A stretch of DNA of 49,271 nt, from positions 1 to 49,271 of the forward strand of contig JACQSK010000002.1 in assembly GCA_016205975.1 (NCBI GenBank), read 5' to 3'. Of the stretch, positions 9,124 to 18,212 are shown piece after piece. The notes beneath the pieces are model-generated. The model saw only the letters and a program-made list of their open reading frames with translations, had not been told where the DNA came from and searched no databases. Both the position numbers and the translations under genes were made by a program. This DNA is from Candidatus Uhrbacteria bacterium (GTDB taxonomy: Bacteria; Patescibacteriota; Patescibacteriia; UBA9934; GWF2-40-263). Each line of letters opens with the position of its first letter. The first letter of the stretch is position 1.

Positions 9124-9603
9124 TTACTGGCAGGCGACGGCGCTGCAGCCTTCGCCGGAGGGATCCGACCAGGTGTTGACTTCCCAGCGTTCGCCCGACC
9201 AGTTGAAGTAGGTCTCGGCGATGAGATCCGCGTCGTAGGGGGTGTTGTCGTTGCCCTCGCACAGGTCGCGGCCGTTGTCGTAGTTCACGTTCCACCGGAC
9301 GCACTCGACGTTGTCGACCACGATGTTGTAGCCGCGGTCGTTGAGCGTGTTCTGCAGCTCGTCGGGCGTGGTGTAGAACTCGACCACATCTGGGCAGTCG
9401 AGGGTCAAGTGCCATCCGAGCTGGCCCACCTGGCTCTCGCGCTGTGCGAACTCGACGGTGAGCGTCGCCTCCTGATCGAGATCGTCGGCCACCAGCAGGA
9501 TCCACTCGTCGCCGGGCTGGCAGTCCCAGCAGCCGTCATCTTGGTCATGGGCGTTGTCGATGGCACAGCCGGCCAACAAGGCCGAGATCAGCATGAGCCG
9601 CAT
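9124..9603 (-). CDS. acidic, Cys-rich lipoprotein (159 aa)
   Basis: ATG 9603 is preceded by AAGGAG with a 7-nt spacer. The signal peptide carries a lipobox (MRLMLISALLAGC). The mature part has 10 Cys and many Asp/Glu. The 326-aa track ORF is an unsupported N-terminal extension. Confidence 0.7.
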   Translation of the reverse strand: MRLMLISALLAGCAIDNAHDQDDGCWDCQPGDEWILLVADDLDQEATLTVEFAQRESQVGQLGWHLTLDCPDVVEFYTTPDELQNTLNDRGYNIVVDNVECVRWNVNYDNGRDLCEGNDNTPYDADLIAETYFNWSGERWEVNTWSDPSGEGCSAVACQ

Positions 9604-9742
9604 GGTGTTTCTCCTTCTAGTGCGGGTTGGCTGGAGGGGCACAGTAGCAGGGGTTGCTAGTTGTGTCAAACGACGGTAGAGACATGCGGCCGTCTGCAAA
9701 TAAGAATGACACATTTTTATTCCGACAAAAAATCCCGATCGG

Positions 9743-10453
9743 TTATCCATCGGGAGCGTCTGGGAGCCAGTCTTTTGGGAATCCTTTTTGGCGCCACTGT
9801 ACGTAATGCCTACGACAGAAGTCACGCGCGTAGTGTGGGTCATCGCAGTCCGGTATTTTGCAGACCGTTGGACGTTCCTCGATCGTGAGCGTGGCCGGAT
9901 AGTTGCGGCGGCGCCAGTACATGTAGTGCTTGAAGCACCAACCGTAGCCGTAGGCGAGCTCGTCGCAGGATTCCACTTTACACAACGGACCGCCGAATCG
10001 AGGGAATCCTTCGAGCTTCCCGCGCCGCCAGCGCTGGTAGTGCTTGTTGCAAAATCCTTGTGCGCGTACAACCTTGTCGCACGCGGGAACCTTGCAGGCC
10101 GCAACGGACGGTGGCGGGAAACCTGGCAACAAGCCGCGGCGCCACTGGTAGTAGTGACGGTCGCAAAACCCCTTCGTCCGTTTCGCCTCGCCGCATCCAG
10201 AGGCTTTACACGCAGGGCTCGCTGGCATCCAGTTCAGCTTAAACCCGCTACGGCGCCACTGCTGGTAGTGCTTCGCGCAGCGGCCGCGTGTTTTCGCGTC
10301 CTCATCGCAGCCGGCTTCCATGCAGGCGACCGACGGCTTGGGCGGGCGCCACTTTTCTGGAAACCCGCGATTCCTCCAAAGGAGGAAATGCCATTGGCAA
10401 TATCCTTGCTCGAAGGCGAGATCGTCGCACTTCGGCGCACGGCATGTTTTCAT
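9743..10453 (-). CDS. protein built of six tandem C-x4-C-x9-C-x2-H (putative zinc-binding) repeats, 236 aa
   Basis: The units start at Cys 4, 44, 82, 120, 158 and 198, a period of 38-40 aa. Each reads C-x4-C-x7-G-x-C-x2-H-(Y/F)-x2-W-R, for example CKVPACDKVVRAQGFCNKHYQRWRRG. No other domain is present. Confidence 0.75.
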   Translation of the reverse strand: MKTCRAPKCDDLAFEQGYCQWHFLLWRNRGFPEKWRPPKPSVACMEAGCDEDAKTRGRCAKHYQQWRRSGFKLNWMPASPACKASGCGEAKRTKGFCDRHYYQWRRGLLPGFPPPSVAACKVPACDKVVRAQGFCNKHYQRWRRGKLEGFPRFGGPLCKVESCDELAYGYGWCFKHYMYWRRRNYPATLTIEERPTVCKIPDCDDPHYARDFCRRHYVQWRQKGFPKDWLPDAPDG

Positions 10454-10515
10454 GGTTCCCCCGCGCGCGAAGCTTTTCAGATATATAGTGCCGTGTCAAC
10501 AAAAAACCGCCGCGG

Positions 10516-10950
10516 TCAGGCGACGGAAAGACGACCCGGGAGCCGATCGCGATCGCGCGGCGCCAGAGCGGCGCGGCGGTCGTGCTGGGGACGCGGAAGC
10601 GCGAGGCTGTCAGCGGCCTCGCCGTCGGGCAGACGGCGCAGGAGCATTTCCTCGCAGTGTTCGGTCGGGATGAAGATGGCTTTCCATCGCATGAACGGAT
10701 GAGACGCGTGGCGCACGAGGATTCCTTCACACTCGCGATCGCGCTTTTGCGGATCCAGTCCCGAAAGGCGCATGACCGCCGACACGAGCTGGCGAGACGC
10801 GTTCTCCAACAAGATGCGATACGACTGCATCTGGCCGCCTTGAACGAAGAGGATACCACCGTCCTCGCCCTCGGGCGCGCGCAGAACGATCCCCTCGACG
10901 TTTTGCTTGTCTGCTTCGAGAAACATCCCGTCGATCATTTGTTCTTGCAT
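10516..10950 (-). CDS. hypothetical protein (144 aa)
   Basis: ATG 10950 is preceded by GGAGGAGGG. It is the same-strand neighbour upstream of the Cys-repeat gene. No family recognised. Confidence 0.5.
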   Translation of the reverse strand: MQEQMIDGMFLEADKQNVEGIVLRAPEGEDGGILFVQGGQMQSYRILLENASRQLVSAVMRLSGLDPQKRDRECEGILVRHASHPFMRWKAIFIPTEHCEEMLLRRLPDGEAADSLALPRPQHDRRAALAPRDRDRLPGRLSVA

Positions 10951-11026
10951 GGGAACCCTCCTCCCTCCATAGCGGAACTGTGCCAGAACGGGCGCCGCAC
11001 GTCCAGAGGGTTGTTGGGTTAATGTC

Positions 11027-12541
11027 CTAGGGCGCTTGATCCTGCCCTCGGTACTGGAGCGCCTCGGCCAGGTGATCCACTTCGATCATGTCTGAGCCAC
11101 TCAGGTCCGCGATCGTGCGCGCTACTTTGCGCACGCGCGTGTAGCCGCGGGCGGAAAGGTGGTTGGTTCGCAGGGCGCGCTCGAGCAGCGCGCGCGTGTC
11201 GGGCGTGAGCGGGGCGCAGACGTCCAGCTGGGACGAGGAGATTTCATTGTTTGAGAATAGATGTAAGGGCTTGAGCCGAACCCGCTGGCGTTCGCGCGCG
11301 GCTTCCACGCGCGCACGGATGACCACGGAGGACTCGGGCGCTTCTTGCGAGAGCAGTTTTTCATAGTCCACCTCCGGTACCTCTATGACCAAATCAAAAC
11401 GGTCGAGCAGGGGCCCGGAGATTTTTCTTTGATAACGCATGACCGCTTCGCGGGAGCAGGTGCATGGACGATACGGATTGGTCAGCTGTCCGCACGGGCA
11501 GGGATTCATGGCCGCGATGAGCAGAAAGCGCGCAGGGAATTGCACGGAGCCAACCGCCCGCGAAATCGTGACGCTGCCGTCTTCCAGCGGCTGGCGCAAA
11601 TGTTCTAGCACATAGCGCGAGAACTCCGGGAGCTCATCCAGAAACAAGACGCCACGGTGCGCGAGCGAGATCTCCCCTGGCCTGGGCCAGGTCCCTCCTC
11701 CCACAAGCGAGGCCGCGCTTGAGCTGTGGTGCGGAGAGCGGAATGGCCGCTCTTGCAGGAGCCCTTGCTGGGAGGGAAGGACGCCGGCGATCGAGGCGAT
11801 GGCCGTCACCTCGAGCGCTTCTTCATAGGTGAGGGACGGAAGGATGGAAGGGACAGACCTGGCAAGCAGTGTCTTGCCCGCGCCGGGCGGGCCTTTCAGA
11901 AGAATATTGTGCCCGCCGGAGGCGGCGATTTCCAAGCCGCGCTTTGCGGCTTCCTGGCCCTTGATGCCGGAAAAGTCCTGGTGCGTCCGCGCGGGTGCGC
12001 GTCGCTTTTTTTTGACGACAGGCACGAGTCTCATAACCCCCATGAGGTGATCTGCGACCTCGCGCAAGGAGGCCACGCCATAGACGGTGAGGCCATGGAT
12101 GGCGAGAGCCTCGGCGGTATTTTCCGTTGGGACGAAGATTTCACGCTTGGCTATTGTCTGCGCCATGATCGCCGAGGTGAGCGTTCCTTGGACAGGGCGC
12201 ACACAGCCATCCAGTGCGAGCTCGCCGATGAAGACGGCGGATTCGATCGCGGAGCGTGGGATCTCCCCAGTGGCCACGAGCACTGACAAGGCGATGGGAA
12301 GATCGTAGAGCGGACCTTGCTTGCGCACGTGGGCCGGTGCCAGGTTGACGGTGATTCTGCCGCGCGGGAACTTGAACCCGCTATTTTTGATGGCCGCCCG
12401 AATACGGTCGCGCGACTCTTTGACCGATGCGTCGGGAAGGCCGACCACGCAAAAAGCTTTGAGTCCGAAGGTGATGTCGGTTTCTACCGTGACGGGGACG
12501 CTTGTGATTCCGATGCTTGCGCTTGAAATGATGTGAAACAT
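11027..12541 (-). CDS. comM: YifB/ComM family Mg-chelatase-like ATPase
   Basis: N-terminal Lon-protease-like domain (VVGLPDASVKESRDRIRAAIKNSG), Walker A GPPGAGKT, and the C-terminal C-x2-C...C motifs typical of ComM. 504 aa. Confidence 0.93.
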   Translation of the reverse strand: MFHIISSASIGITSVPVTVETDITFGLKAFCVVGLPDASVKESRDRIRAAIKNSGFKFPRGRITVNLAPAHVRKQGPLYDLPIALSVLVATGEIPRSAIESAVFIGELALDGCVRPVQGTLTSAIMAQTIAKREIFVPTENTAEALAIHGLTVYGVASLREVADHLMGVMRLVPVVKKKRRAPARTHQDFSGIKGQEAAKRGLEIAASGGHNILLKGPPGAGKTLLARSVPSILPSLTYEEALEVTAIASIAGVLPSQQGLLQERPFRSPHHSSSAASLVGGGTWPRPGEISLAHRGVLFLDELPEFSRYVLEHLRQPLEDGSVTISRAVGSVQFPARFLLIAAMNPCPCGQLTNPYRPCTCSREAVMRYQRKISGPLLDRFDLVIEVPEVDYEKLLSQEAPESSVVIRARVEAARERQRVRLKPLHLFSNNEISSSQLDVCAPLTPDTRALLERALRTNHLSARGYTRVRKVARTIADLSGSDMIEVDHLAEALQYRGQDQAP

Positions 12542-12542
12542 A

Positions 12543-12576
12543 AAACCCCAAAAACGATTTAACGTTGGTGGGGTTT
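12543..12576 (-). terminator. hairpin between lspA and comM that abuts the comM start codon
   Basis: 14-position stem with 12 pairs (AAACCCCA..CG / CG..TGGGGTTT) and a 6-nt loop. On the minus strand it ends 1 nt before the comM ATG. It could be the lspA terminator or an RBS-sequestering structure. Confidence 0.4.
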
Positions 12577-12612
12577 GTTATGGTGCTAGATTACCTCATG
12601 CGAGGTGTTTTG

Positions 12613-13077
12613 TCAAACGAGGTTTTTATGTGAACGCCTCTGTGAGGCCAAAAGCAAGAGCACTACGCCAGATACGATCACGACATCCGAGAGATTCACG
12701 GCCGATCGGCCAAACAGGATGATGTAGTCGACGGTAAATCCATAGGTGACCCGGTCATAGAGGTTCCCTAAGGCGCCAAGAATAATCATGGCACAGGCAA
12801 GCGTGATACGCGGACGGTCGTGTCTGTGCTTCCAGGCCGTATTCAATAGACCAAGACCGATCAGCATCGATATGAGGACGATGAACTCCAGCTTGAACGG
12901 GATATCAAATGCCACGCCCCAGTTTTTGTGGATGGCCAGAGCCAGTACTCCAGGGTCAACAAGACTCCCTTCTTCGGGGAGTCGTGCAAGTCCAAGATAT
13001 TTAGCCCGCTCATCCAGGAGAACGAGGAGCGCCACAGGGACGAGGAGCCAGTAGAGGAGGTGGGAGCGCGCCGTCAC
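12613..13077 (-). CDS. lspA: lipoprotein signal peptidase II
   Basis: NWGVAFDI, LGNLYDR and FTVDYI motifs with four TM helices. The GTG start overlaps the upstream stop as GTGA. Confidence 0.9.
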   Translation of the reverse strand: MTARSHLLYWLLVPVALLVLLDERAKYLGLARLPEEGSLVDPGVLALAIHKNWGVAFDIPFKLEFIVLISMLIGLGLLNTAWKHRHDRPRITLACAMIILGALGNLYDRVTYGFTVDYIILFGRSAVNLSDVVIVSGVVLLLLASQRRSHKNLV

Positions 13078-13448
13078 ACTTCTTGCGTGAGGGTTTTTTT
13101 ACACTGGATACAGGAGCTTGATGTCGGCCGGGCGGTCAGGCGGCGCTCGTCGATCATCTGTCCGCAGTATTTGCACGTGCCGTATTTGCCCTGAGCAATG
13201 AGACTGAGAGCTGATTCTACGTCGCGTAGCGCCTTTTCCAGTTCATCTTCTAAGGACAGGTTATCTGAGAATTGAGCGACCTCGGAGGCGTTTTCGTCTT
13301 CTTTGTCTCCCATGTTTGGAAACTCCGCCTCAAAATCCGCCTCCGCAGCCTTTGTGTTGCGGTGCGCGAAACGCGAAAGTTCAGATTCAAGACGAGCCTT
13401 TTCCTCCTCAAGCTGAGTCTTGATTTGTGCGATGAAGTCCATTCCCAT
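13074..13448 (-). CDS. DksA/TraR-family C4 zinc-finger protein (YlyA-like)
   Basis: Coiled-coil N-terminus and C-terminal CKYCGQ-x17-CIQC. Being coupled to lspA matches the ylyA-lspA synteny I recall from Bacillus subtilis. Confidence 0.85.
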   Translation of the reverse strand: MGMDFIAQIKTQLEEEKARLESELSRFAHRNTKAAEADFEAEFPNMGDKEDENASEVAQFSDNLSLEDELEKALRDVESALSLIAQGKYGTCKYCGQMIDERRLTARPTSSSCIQCKKTLTQEV

Positions 13449-14012
13449 ATAAGCAGCTTTTAATCATTCGTTTGAGAAAGACTACCATTTTTTCTTGGAA
13501 AATAGAATAGGGCCGCAGCCCGCGATTTTGTAGTTGGTTTTCGGGGTGTGGCCCTAGCGTTGGGCGGAGTTTTGTTGATTTGTGAAGGCGTTGGGGTTTG
13601 GAGTGAATGGAGATTCACCTCAAGACTCAACGCCTTTGCAAACACGAACGGACTCTCGCCGAGTGACTCTTCCGTCTTACCATTCTTTGGTTTTGCCCGC
13701 GAACGTCCCGAAGGGCGTTATGAGTGTGGGCGAACCTAGAAATGATCGCTTTTGTTTTTGTTTTGCGTTTCAGAATAGTGAGACGGCAAGACGTTTCCCG
13801 AATAGACGCACACAGGCGTGGGGCACCTGTCGACAAGCTGTCAGGTGCGGATTCGGAAAACCTCCCAAGAGTTTGGTGTGAAAGAACGACTTACAAAAGT
13901 ATAGTACCAAAAAATTTACTCTTGGTCAATTTATCTTTTTTAGCTCAGTTAAGAGAAAATCAATGGACGTGTAAATTAAATTGTGTTCAACTTTTTGTTC
14001 TGTAAGAGAAAG

Positions 14013-14052
14013 TTATCCACAATTTTCGTTGGTTACACATACTTTATCCACA
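14013..14052 (+). promoter_or_regulatory. two perfect DnaA-box 9-mers (TTATCCACA)
   Basis: TTATCCACA occurs at 14013-14021 and 14044-14052, in the same orientation with a 31-bp centre-to-centre spacing. The boxes sit at the edge of an AT-rich stretch (13880-14010). Their function is not established. Confidence 0.5.
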
Positions 14053-14053
14053 A

Positions 14054-15343
14054 CTATGTTGAGCAGAACGACACTGTGCTTGAATACTTTTTCATCTCAA
14101 CGGAAATGCTTGAAAATTGCGAGAAAATCTGAGTGAGCGCCTGGATAGTCGGGTTGTAGGCGTTGACGGACACTTCATCCAGGAGCGCTTGAGGGCTGAG
14201 GAACAGAGCATTGCCTCTGCAATCTGACAGAGCCTCTTCAGGATCGATGAATGAGATCAAGGAGGGCTCGCTTGTAGCCAATATCAGACGGTCATCAATA
14301 AGCGCGCCAAACAGGAAGCGTTCGTTTTTTCCAAGTACACGCAGGGCGCGTACGCCAGCAACCTGGACTTCCTCAATCGTGACCAGCTCAGGCTCGACGA
14401 AGATTTCTTGCAGCAAGGTGCCGTCAGGCAGCACAGACTCCTGAAGCGTGGGTGAGAGGTATGCCCCCATGAGCTGTAGAAGGCTCATAAGGTCGCTCTC
14501 CTGTACGCCAGCATTTTGAGCAGCGAACGCGACTTCAGGCTCTCCGAGATCGTTTTTTTGGACGAGAACCGACCAGGAACCTTCCAGAAATTGGTTGAAC
14601 AGGCTAAATGGCTCGCGAGATAGGGATTCTGACAGTCCAGGGTTTCCAATAAGAGCTAAGACGGCTTGGGGCAAGACCTTGCCAGAAGGTCTCCAATGAG
14701 TCTTGTTAGGCAGGACGACCTCAAAACGGTCGTCCTCTTGGAATAAAGATCCGGACAGACCCACGTCAGGTAACTCCACCCTGCCGAGCCAGCGTTTGCT
14801 CAGCGAGCCCAAGAAAGGCCGGCGGGCGCTCGTGTCTATGCCGCTCACCGGCAGTAGGGTTTCTGCCAAAAGGAATATGCCAGGAGCTACTTCCTGGGAG
14901 GTGATGGACAGGGCGCTCAAGAGCGATGAGGGCAGCTCTCCCTCCTGCGCCCTCACCGCTACAGAGCGGCTGCCCGTCTGGGAGACGAACAGGGCTAACT
15001 CCCCTCGCGCAAACGAGGCCACGTCCCGTACGTCTAGGCTCCGGTTTGAAATGAGAGGTACATCCTCCAGGAGCGCATAGATCGTTGACCAGGAAGCGGG
15101 GGTGATTTCAAGCTGGAGGGCCAAGACCGTTCCCTCAGGCGCCGCGGCCAAAATGGTATCGCGGGCATACCACAGCTCAAACAGCCGCCATGAGAGGAAC
15201 AAGAGAGCCAAGCCGCACAGTCCCAGAAGCCAAACAACCTGGCCTAGTGGCCTGGTTGTTTTTGTGTGACGAGAAAGTGGGATGTTGAGTTTGTGCACAT
15301 TAAGGTCTGCGGCGGCCGAAGCCATTCCGTCCACCCCCGCCAT
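14054..15343 (-). CDS. membrane-anchored hypothetical protein
   Basis: N-terminal TM helix (VVWLLGLCGLALLFLSW) and a large extracytoplasmic body. The start is uncertain. ATG 15343 or 15325 would overlap the pnp stop, while an in-frame GTG at 15298 begins 1 nt after the pnp stop codon. Confidence 0.65.
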   Translation of the reverse strand: MAGVDGMASAAADLNVHKLNIPLSRHTKTTRPLGQVVWLLGLCGLALLFLSWRLFELWYARDTILAAAPEGTVLALQLEITPASWSTIYALLEDVPLISNRSLDVRDVASFARGELALFVSQTGSRSVAVRAQEGELPSSLLSALSITSQEVAPGIFLLAETLLPVSGIDTSARRPFLGSLSKRWLGRVELPDVGLSGSLFQEDDRFEVVLPNKTHWRPSGKVLPQAVLALIGNPGLSESLSREPFSLFNQFLEGSWSVLVQKNDLGEPEVAFAAQNAGVQESDLMSLLQLMGAYLSPTLQESVLPDGTLLQEIFVEPELVTIEEVQVAGVRALRVLGKNERFLFGALIDDRLILATSEPSLISFIDPEEALSDCRGNALFLSPQALLDEVSVNAYNPTIQALTQIFSQFSSISVEMKKYSSTVSFCST

Positions 15344-17519
15344 TTCGCTGGGGCGGGCGCGCAGGCAGAGAGCCAGCGGGCCGCGGCGCAGGGCGCTCAG
15401 GGTAGACGTTTCCTGGTGCGTCCTTCATGGAGAGACTAATGCGGCCGTCCGGCGACATCTCCATGATTTTGACTTGCACCTCTTGGCCAAGCTTTACGAT
15501 ATCAGAGACTAACTCAACCCGCCATGGCGCCATCATACTCACATGCACCATGCCATCGCGCTTGGGCAGGAACTCGACGATCGCGCCGAAGTCCATGATG
15601 CGTGCGACCTTCCCCGTATACACCTCGCCCACCTTGGGCTCGCGGGTCAGATTCTCAACCCAGGCGAGCGCCTTCTGCGCGCCCTCGGCGTTGGTAGAGG
15701 TGATCATGACCAAGCCGTCGTCCTCGATGTCGATGGCTTGCACGCCCGTGACGGCGATGATTTCGTTGATCGTCTTGCCGCCGGGTCCGATGACGTTGCC
15801 GATGAGCTCTGGGTTGATGCGCAGGGTGATGATGCGGGGCGCGTAAGGCGAAAGCTCTGGGCGCGGCGCGGCGATGGCGGTTTCCATGGTGTCCAAAATT
15901 TGCATGCGCGCCGTCTTGGCCTGTTTCAGCGTCACCTCCACGACCTCGGGGAGCAGGCCTTCGGTTTTCGTATCCATCTGGATCGCCGTGATCCCTCGGC
16001 GGCTGCCGGCGATTTTAAAGTCCATCCCGCCCTTTCCGTCTTCCAGGTCCTGTAAGTCGGTGATGACTTTCCACTTTCCTGACGCGTCCGTGGCCAGACC
16101 CATGGCGATGCCAGCGACCGGCGCCTTGATGGGAACGCCCGCGTCCATGAGGGCGAGCGTGGAGCCGCAGGTGGAACCCATGGAGCTCGAGCCGTTGGAG
16201 CCCAAGACTTCCGAGACGGCGCGGATCGTGTAGGGGAAGGTTTCCTTGTCGGGCATCATGGGCATGAGGGCTTTCTCGGCCAAGCCGCCGTGTCCAATGT
16301 CGCGGCGTGAAGGGCCGCGCAGGGGCTTCACCTCGCCCACGGAGAACGGCGGGAAGTTGTAGTGATGGAAGTAGCGGCGCTTTCCAACGGTCTCCATGCC
16401 GTCGAGGGTTTGCTCGTCGCCGGGCGCGCCTAAGGTCACGATGGTCAGGACTTGCGTCTCGCCGCGTTTGAAGTGGCCGGAGCCGTGGACGCGCGGGAGC
16501 ACCGCGACCTCGCTCACGAGCGGACGGATTTGTGTGATCGCGCGGCCGTCCACACGTTTTTCATTTTCCAGAATTGCACGGGAGACCTCACTTTCCAAGA
16601 CGGTACCCACGAGCCCTGTGCCAGAAGCCAAGTCCTCTTCTCCAACACCTTGCTCGATCAGGAACGCCTTCGTCCGCTTTTTGAGTTCTGCTTTCTGCGC
16701 GCTGCGTTCGCTCTTGGTTGCTTGCGGTGTTCCAAAGAAAAGTTCAGCCACCTGGTCCGCAATGAACGGCTTGGCAAGCGTCTCGGCGTTTTTTTGCGCA
16801 TCGGTTTTTTCTACCGTTGGGTTGATTTTCTGCTTCCCGACCGCCTCACGCACCTCCTCGATAAGATTGATGGGAGCGGCCAAGTGTTTTTGTCCAAACC
16901 AGAACGCTTCCAAGACGACTTCCTCTGGCGCTTCGTTGGCGCCTGCTTCCACCATGATGATTTTTTTGGGTGTGCCGGCGAACGACAGGTCCAGAAGAGA
17001 CTTCGACCGTGCTTCGTAGGTAGGGTTCAAGACCCACTCGCCTTCCACCTGGCCCACGCGCACGCAACCGATGGGACCGTTCCATGGGATGTTGCTCAGG
17101 TGCAGGGCGCAGCTGGCGGCGATCAGCCCGATGATGTCCGGATCGTTTTCCGTATCAAAGGAGAGCGCCGTGACGATGACTTGGATGTCGTTGCGGATGC
17201 GTTCGTCAAACAAGGGCCGCAGGGCGCGATCGATGAATCGCGAGATCAGCACGGCCTCGTCCGTGGGTCGGCCTTCTTTTTTAATGAAGCGGCTGCCTTT
17301 GATGCGGCCGGCTGCGTAGAGCTTTTCCTCGTAGTCCACCATGAGCGGAAAAAAGTCGAGGCCCTCGCGCTTGTCGGCGCTCATGGTTGCCGTCGCCAAG
17401 ACGACGGTCTCACCGTACTGCACCAAGCACGAGCCGTTCGCTTGGGCGGCGTACTTTCCTACTTCAATCGAGAGCGTTTTTCCTCCCCACTGCGTTTCGA
17501 ACCGTTGTTGATTTTCCAT
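15300..17519 (-). CDS. pnp: polynucleotide phosphorylase
   Basis: Two RNase PH domains ([10 protein letters not shown]), a KH domain ([12 protein letters not shown]) and an S1 domain ([21 protein letters not shown]). It has an RGG-like C-terminal tail. 739 aa. Confidence 0.97.
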   Translation of the reverse strand: MENQQRFETQWGGKTLSIEVGKYAAQANGSCLVQYGETVVLATATMSADKREGLDFFPLMVDYEEKLYAAGRIKGSRFIKKEGRPTDEAVLISRFIDRALRPLFDERIRNDIQVIVTALSFDTENDPDIIGLIAASCALHLSNIPWNGPIGCVRVGQVEGEWVLNPTYEARSKSLLDLSFAGTPKKIIMVEAGANEAPEEVVLEAFWFGQKHLAAPINLIEEVREAVGKQKINPTVEKTDAQKNAETLAKPFIADQVAELFFGTPQATKSERSAQKAELKKRTKAFLIEQGVGEEDLASGTGLVGTVLESEVSRAILENEKRVDGRAITQIRPLVSEVAVLPRVHGSGHFKRGETQVLTIVTLGAPGDEQTLDGMETVGKRRYFHHYNFPPFSVGEVKPLRGPSRRDIGHGGLAEKALMPMMPDKETFPYTIRAVSEVLGSNGSSSMGSTCGSTLALMDAGVPIKAPVAGIAMGLATDASGKWKVITDLQDLEDGKGGMDFKIAGSRRGITAIQMDTKTEGLLPEVVEVTLKQAKTARMQILDTMETAIAAPRPELSPYAPRIITLRINPELIGNVIGPGGKTINEIIAVTGVQAIDIEDDGLVMITSTNAEGAQKALAWVENLTREPKVGEVYTGKVARIMDFGAIVEFLPKRDGMVHVSMMAPWRVELVSDIVKLGQEVQVKIMEMSPDGRISLSMKDAPGNVYPERPAPRPAGSLPARPPQRNGGGGRNGFGRRRP

Positions 17520-17523
17520 ACGT

Positions 17524-18168
17524 TTAGAATTCTAGTCGTCGTGCGCGATTTTCTTCTTGATTATTTTTTGCGTCCTCCGGCAGGTCCATGAAGAACCCGC
17601 TGTCCATCTCCTCCGGGGCTTCCTCGTTTTCTCCTTGTCCCTCCTCGTTTTGTGCGGAGGCGCCCAGCTTGGGACCGATCAGGTACCGGCGTTTGTTCTG
17701 GGAAAGGTCGATGTAGTCATTGACGATTTTTTTCAGGGCCGAGGAAGTCGTTTCTCCAAAGGCCATGACCTCCGCCATACGACCGCGCGAGTAGACGTAG
17801 TTCACCAGCGGTTGGAAATCGCCGTCGCCCGAAACGATCACCACCACATCGAGTGTATCGAGCATCTGCACCACGTCGATCGCGAGCCCCACGTCCCAGT
17901 CGGCTTTCTTGTGACCTGAGGCGAACTCTTGCAGAGGCTTTTCCCGCGTCTCGATGCCGGCGCTGCGCAGCGCCTCGAAGAACGGCTGTTCCTCCTTCCC
18001 TTCCGTGCCGACGACGTAGGCCATGGCACGGATGAGCTTGCGGCCCGCGACGGCATCGTCAACGATATTTTTGAAGTTCACTTTGCGCTTAAAGAGGTTG
18101 CGCGCCGAGTAGTACATGTTTTGCGTGTCGATGAAAACGCCGACGCGCTGGTCCGGATGCTTAAACAT
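17524..18168 (-). CDS. NYN-domain (LabA/DUF88-like) putative ribonuclease with acidic tail
   Basis: VGVFIDTQNMYYSA at the N-terminus and VIVSGDGDFQPLV match the NYN/LabA catalytic Asp pattern. The stop lies 4 nt before the pnp ATG. Confidence 0.85.
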   Translation of the reverse strand: MFKHPDQRVGVFIDTQNMYYSARNLFKRKVNFKNIVDDAVAGRKLIRAMAYVVGTEGKEEQPFFEALRSAGIETREKPLQEFASGHKKADWDVGLAIDVVQMLDTLDVVVIVSGDGDFQPLVNYVYSRGRMAEVMAFGETTSSALKKIVNDYIDLSQNKRRYLIGPKLGASAQNEEGQGENEEAPEEMDSGFFMDLPEDAKNNQEENRARRLEF

Positions 18169-18184
18169 AGGTTTATAAACGAAG

Positions 18185-18206
18185 ACCCCGCAAAAATAAG
18201 CGGGGT
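18185..18206 (-). terminator. hairpin between rpsO and the NYN gene (attenuator or processing site candidate)
   Basis: ACCCCGC-8 nt-GCGGGGT, a 7-bp G/C-rich stem in the 44-nt rpsO-NYN spacer. The downstream U-tract is weak. Confidence 0.45.
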
Positions 18207-18212
18207 TGAAAA

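Noticed and set aside
9124-10104. 326-aa version of the lipoprotein ORF.
   Set aside because: The N-terminal 167 aa are low-complexity and overlap the end of the Cys-repeat gene region. The internal ATG at 9603 has a strong AAGGAG SD and is immediately followed by a signal peptide with a lipobox.
13449-13900. tmRNA, RNase P RNA or SRP RNA in the long spacer.
   Set aside because: I searched both strands by eye for GGGG...UUCGAC with a T-arm and CCA end (tmRNA), for AGGAAAGUCC and ACAGAA...GGCUUA (RNase P), and for CAGG...GGAA...AGCAGC (SRP). None is present. Partial look-alikes such as GAGAGTCCG, GTCGACAGG and GTCAGGTGCGGATTCGGAA do not fit. It is kept only as an unclassified ncRNA candidate.
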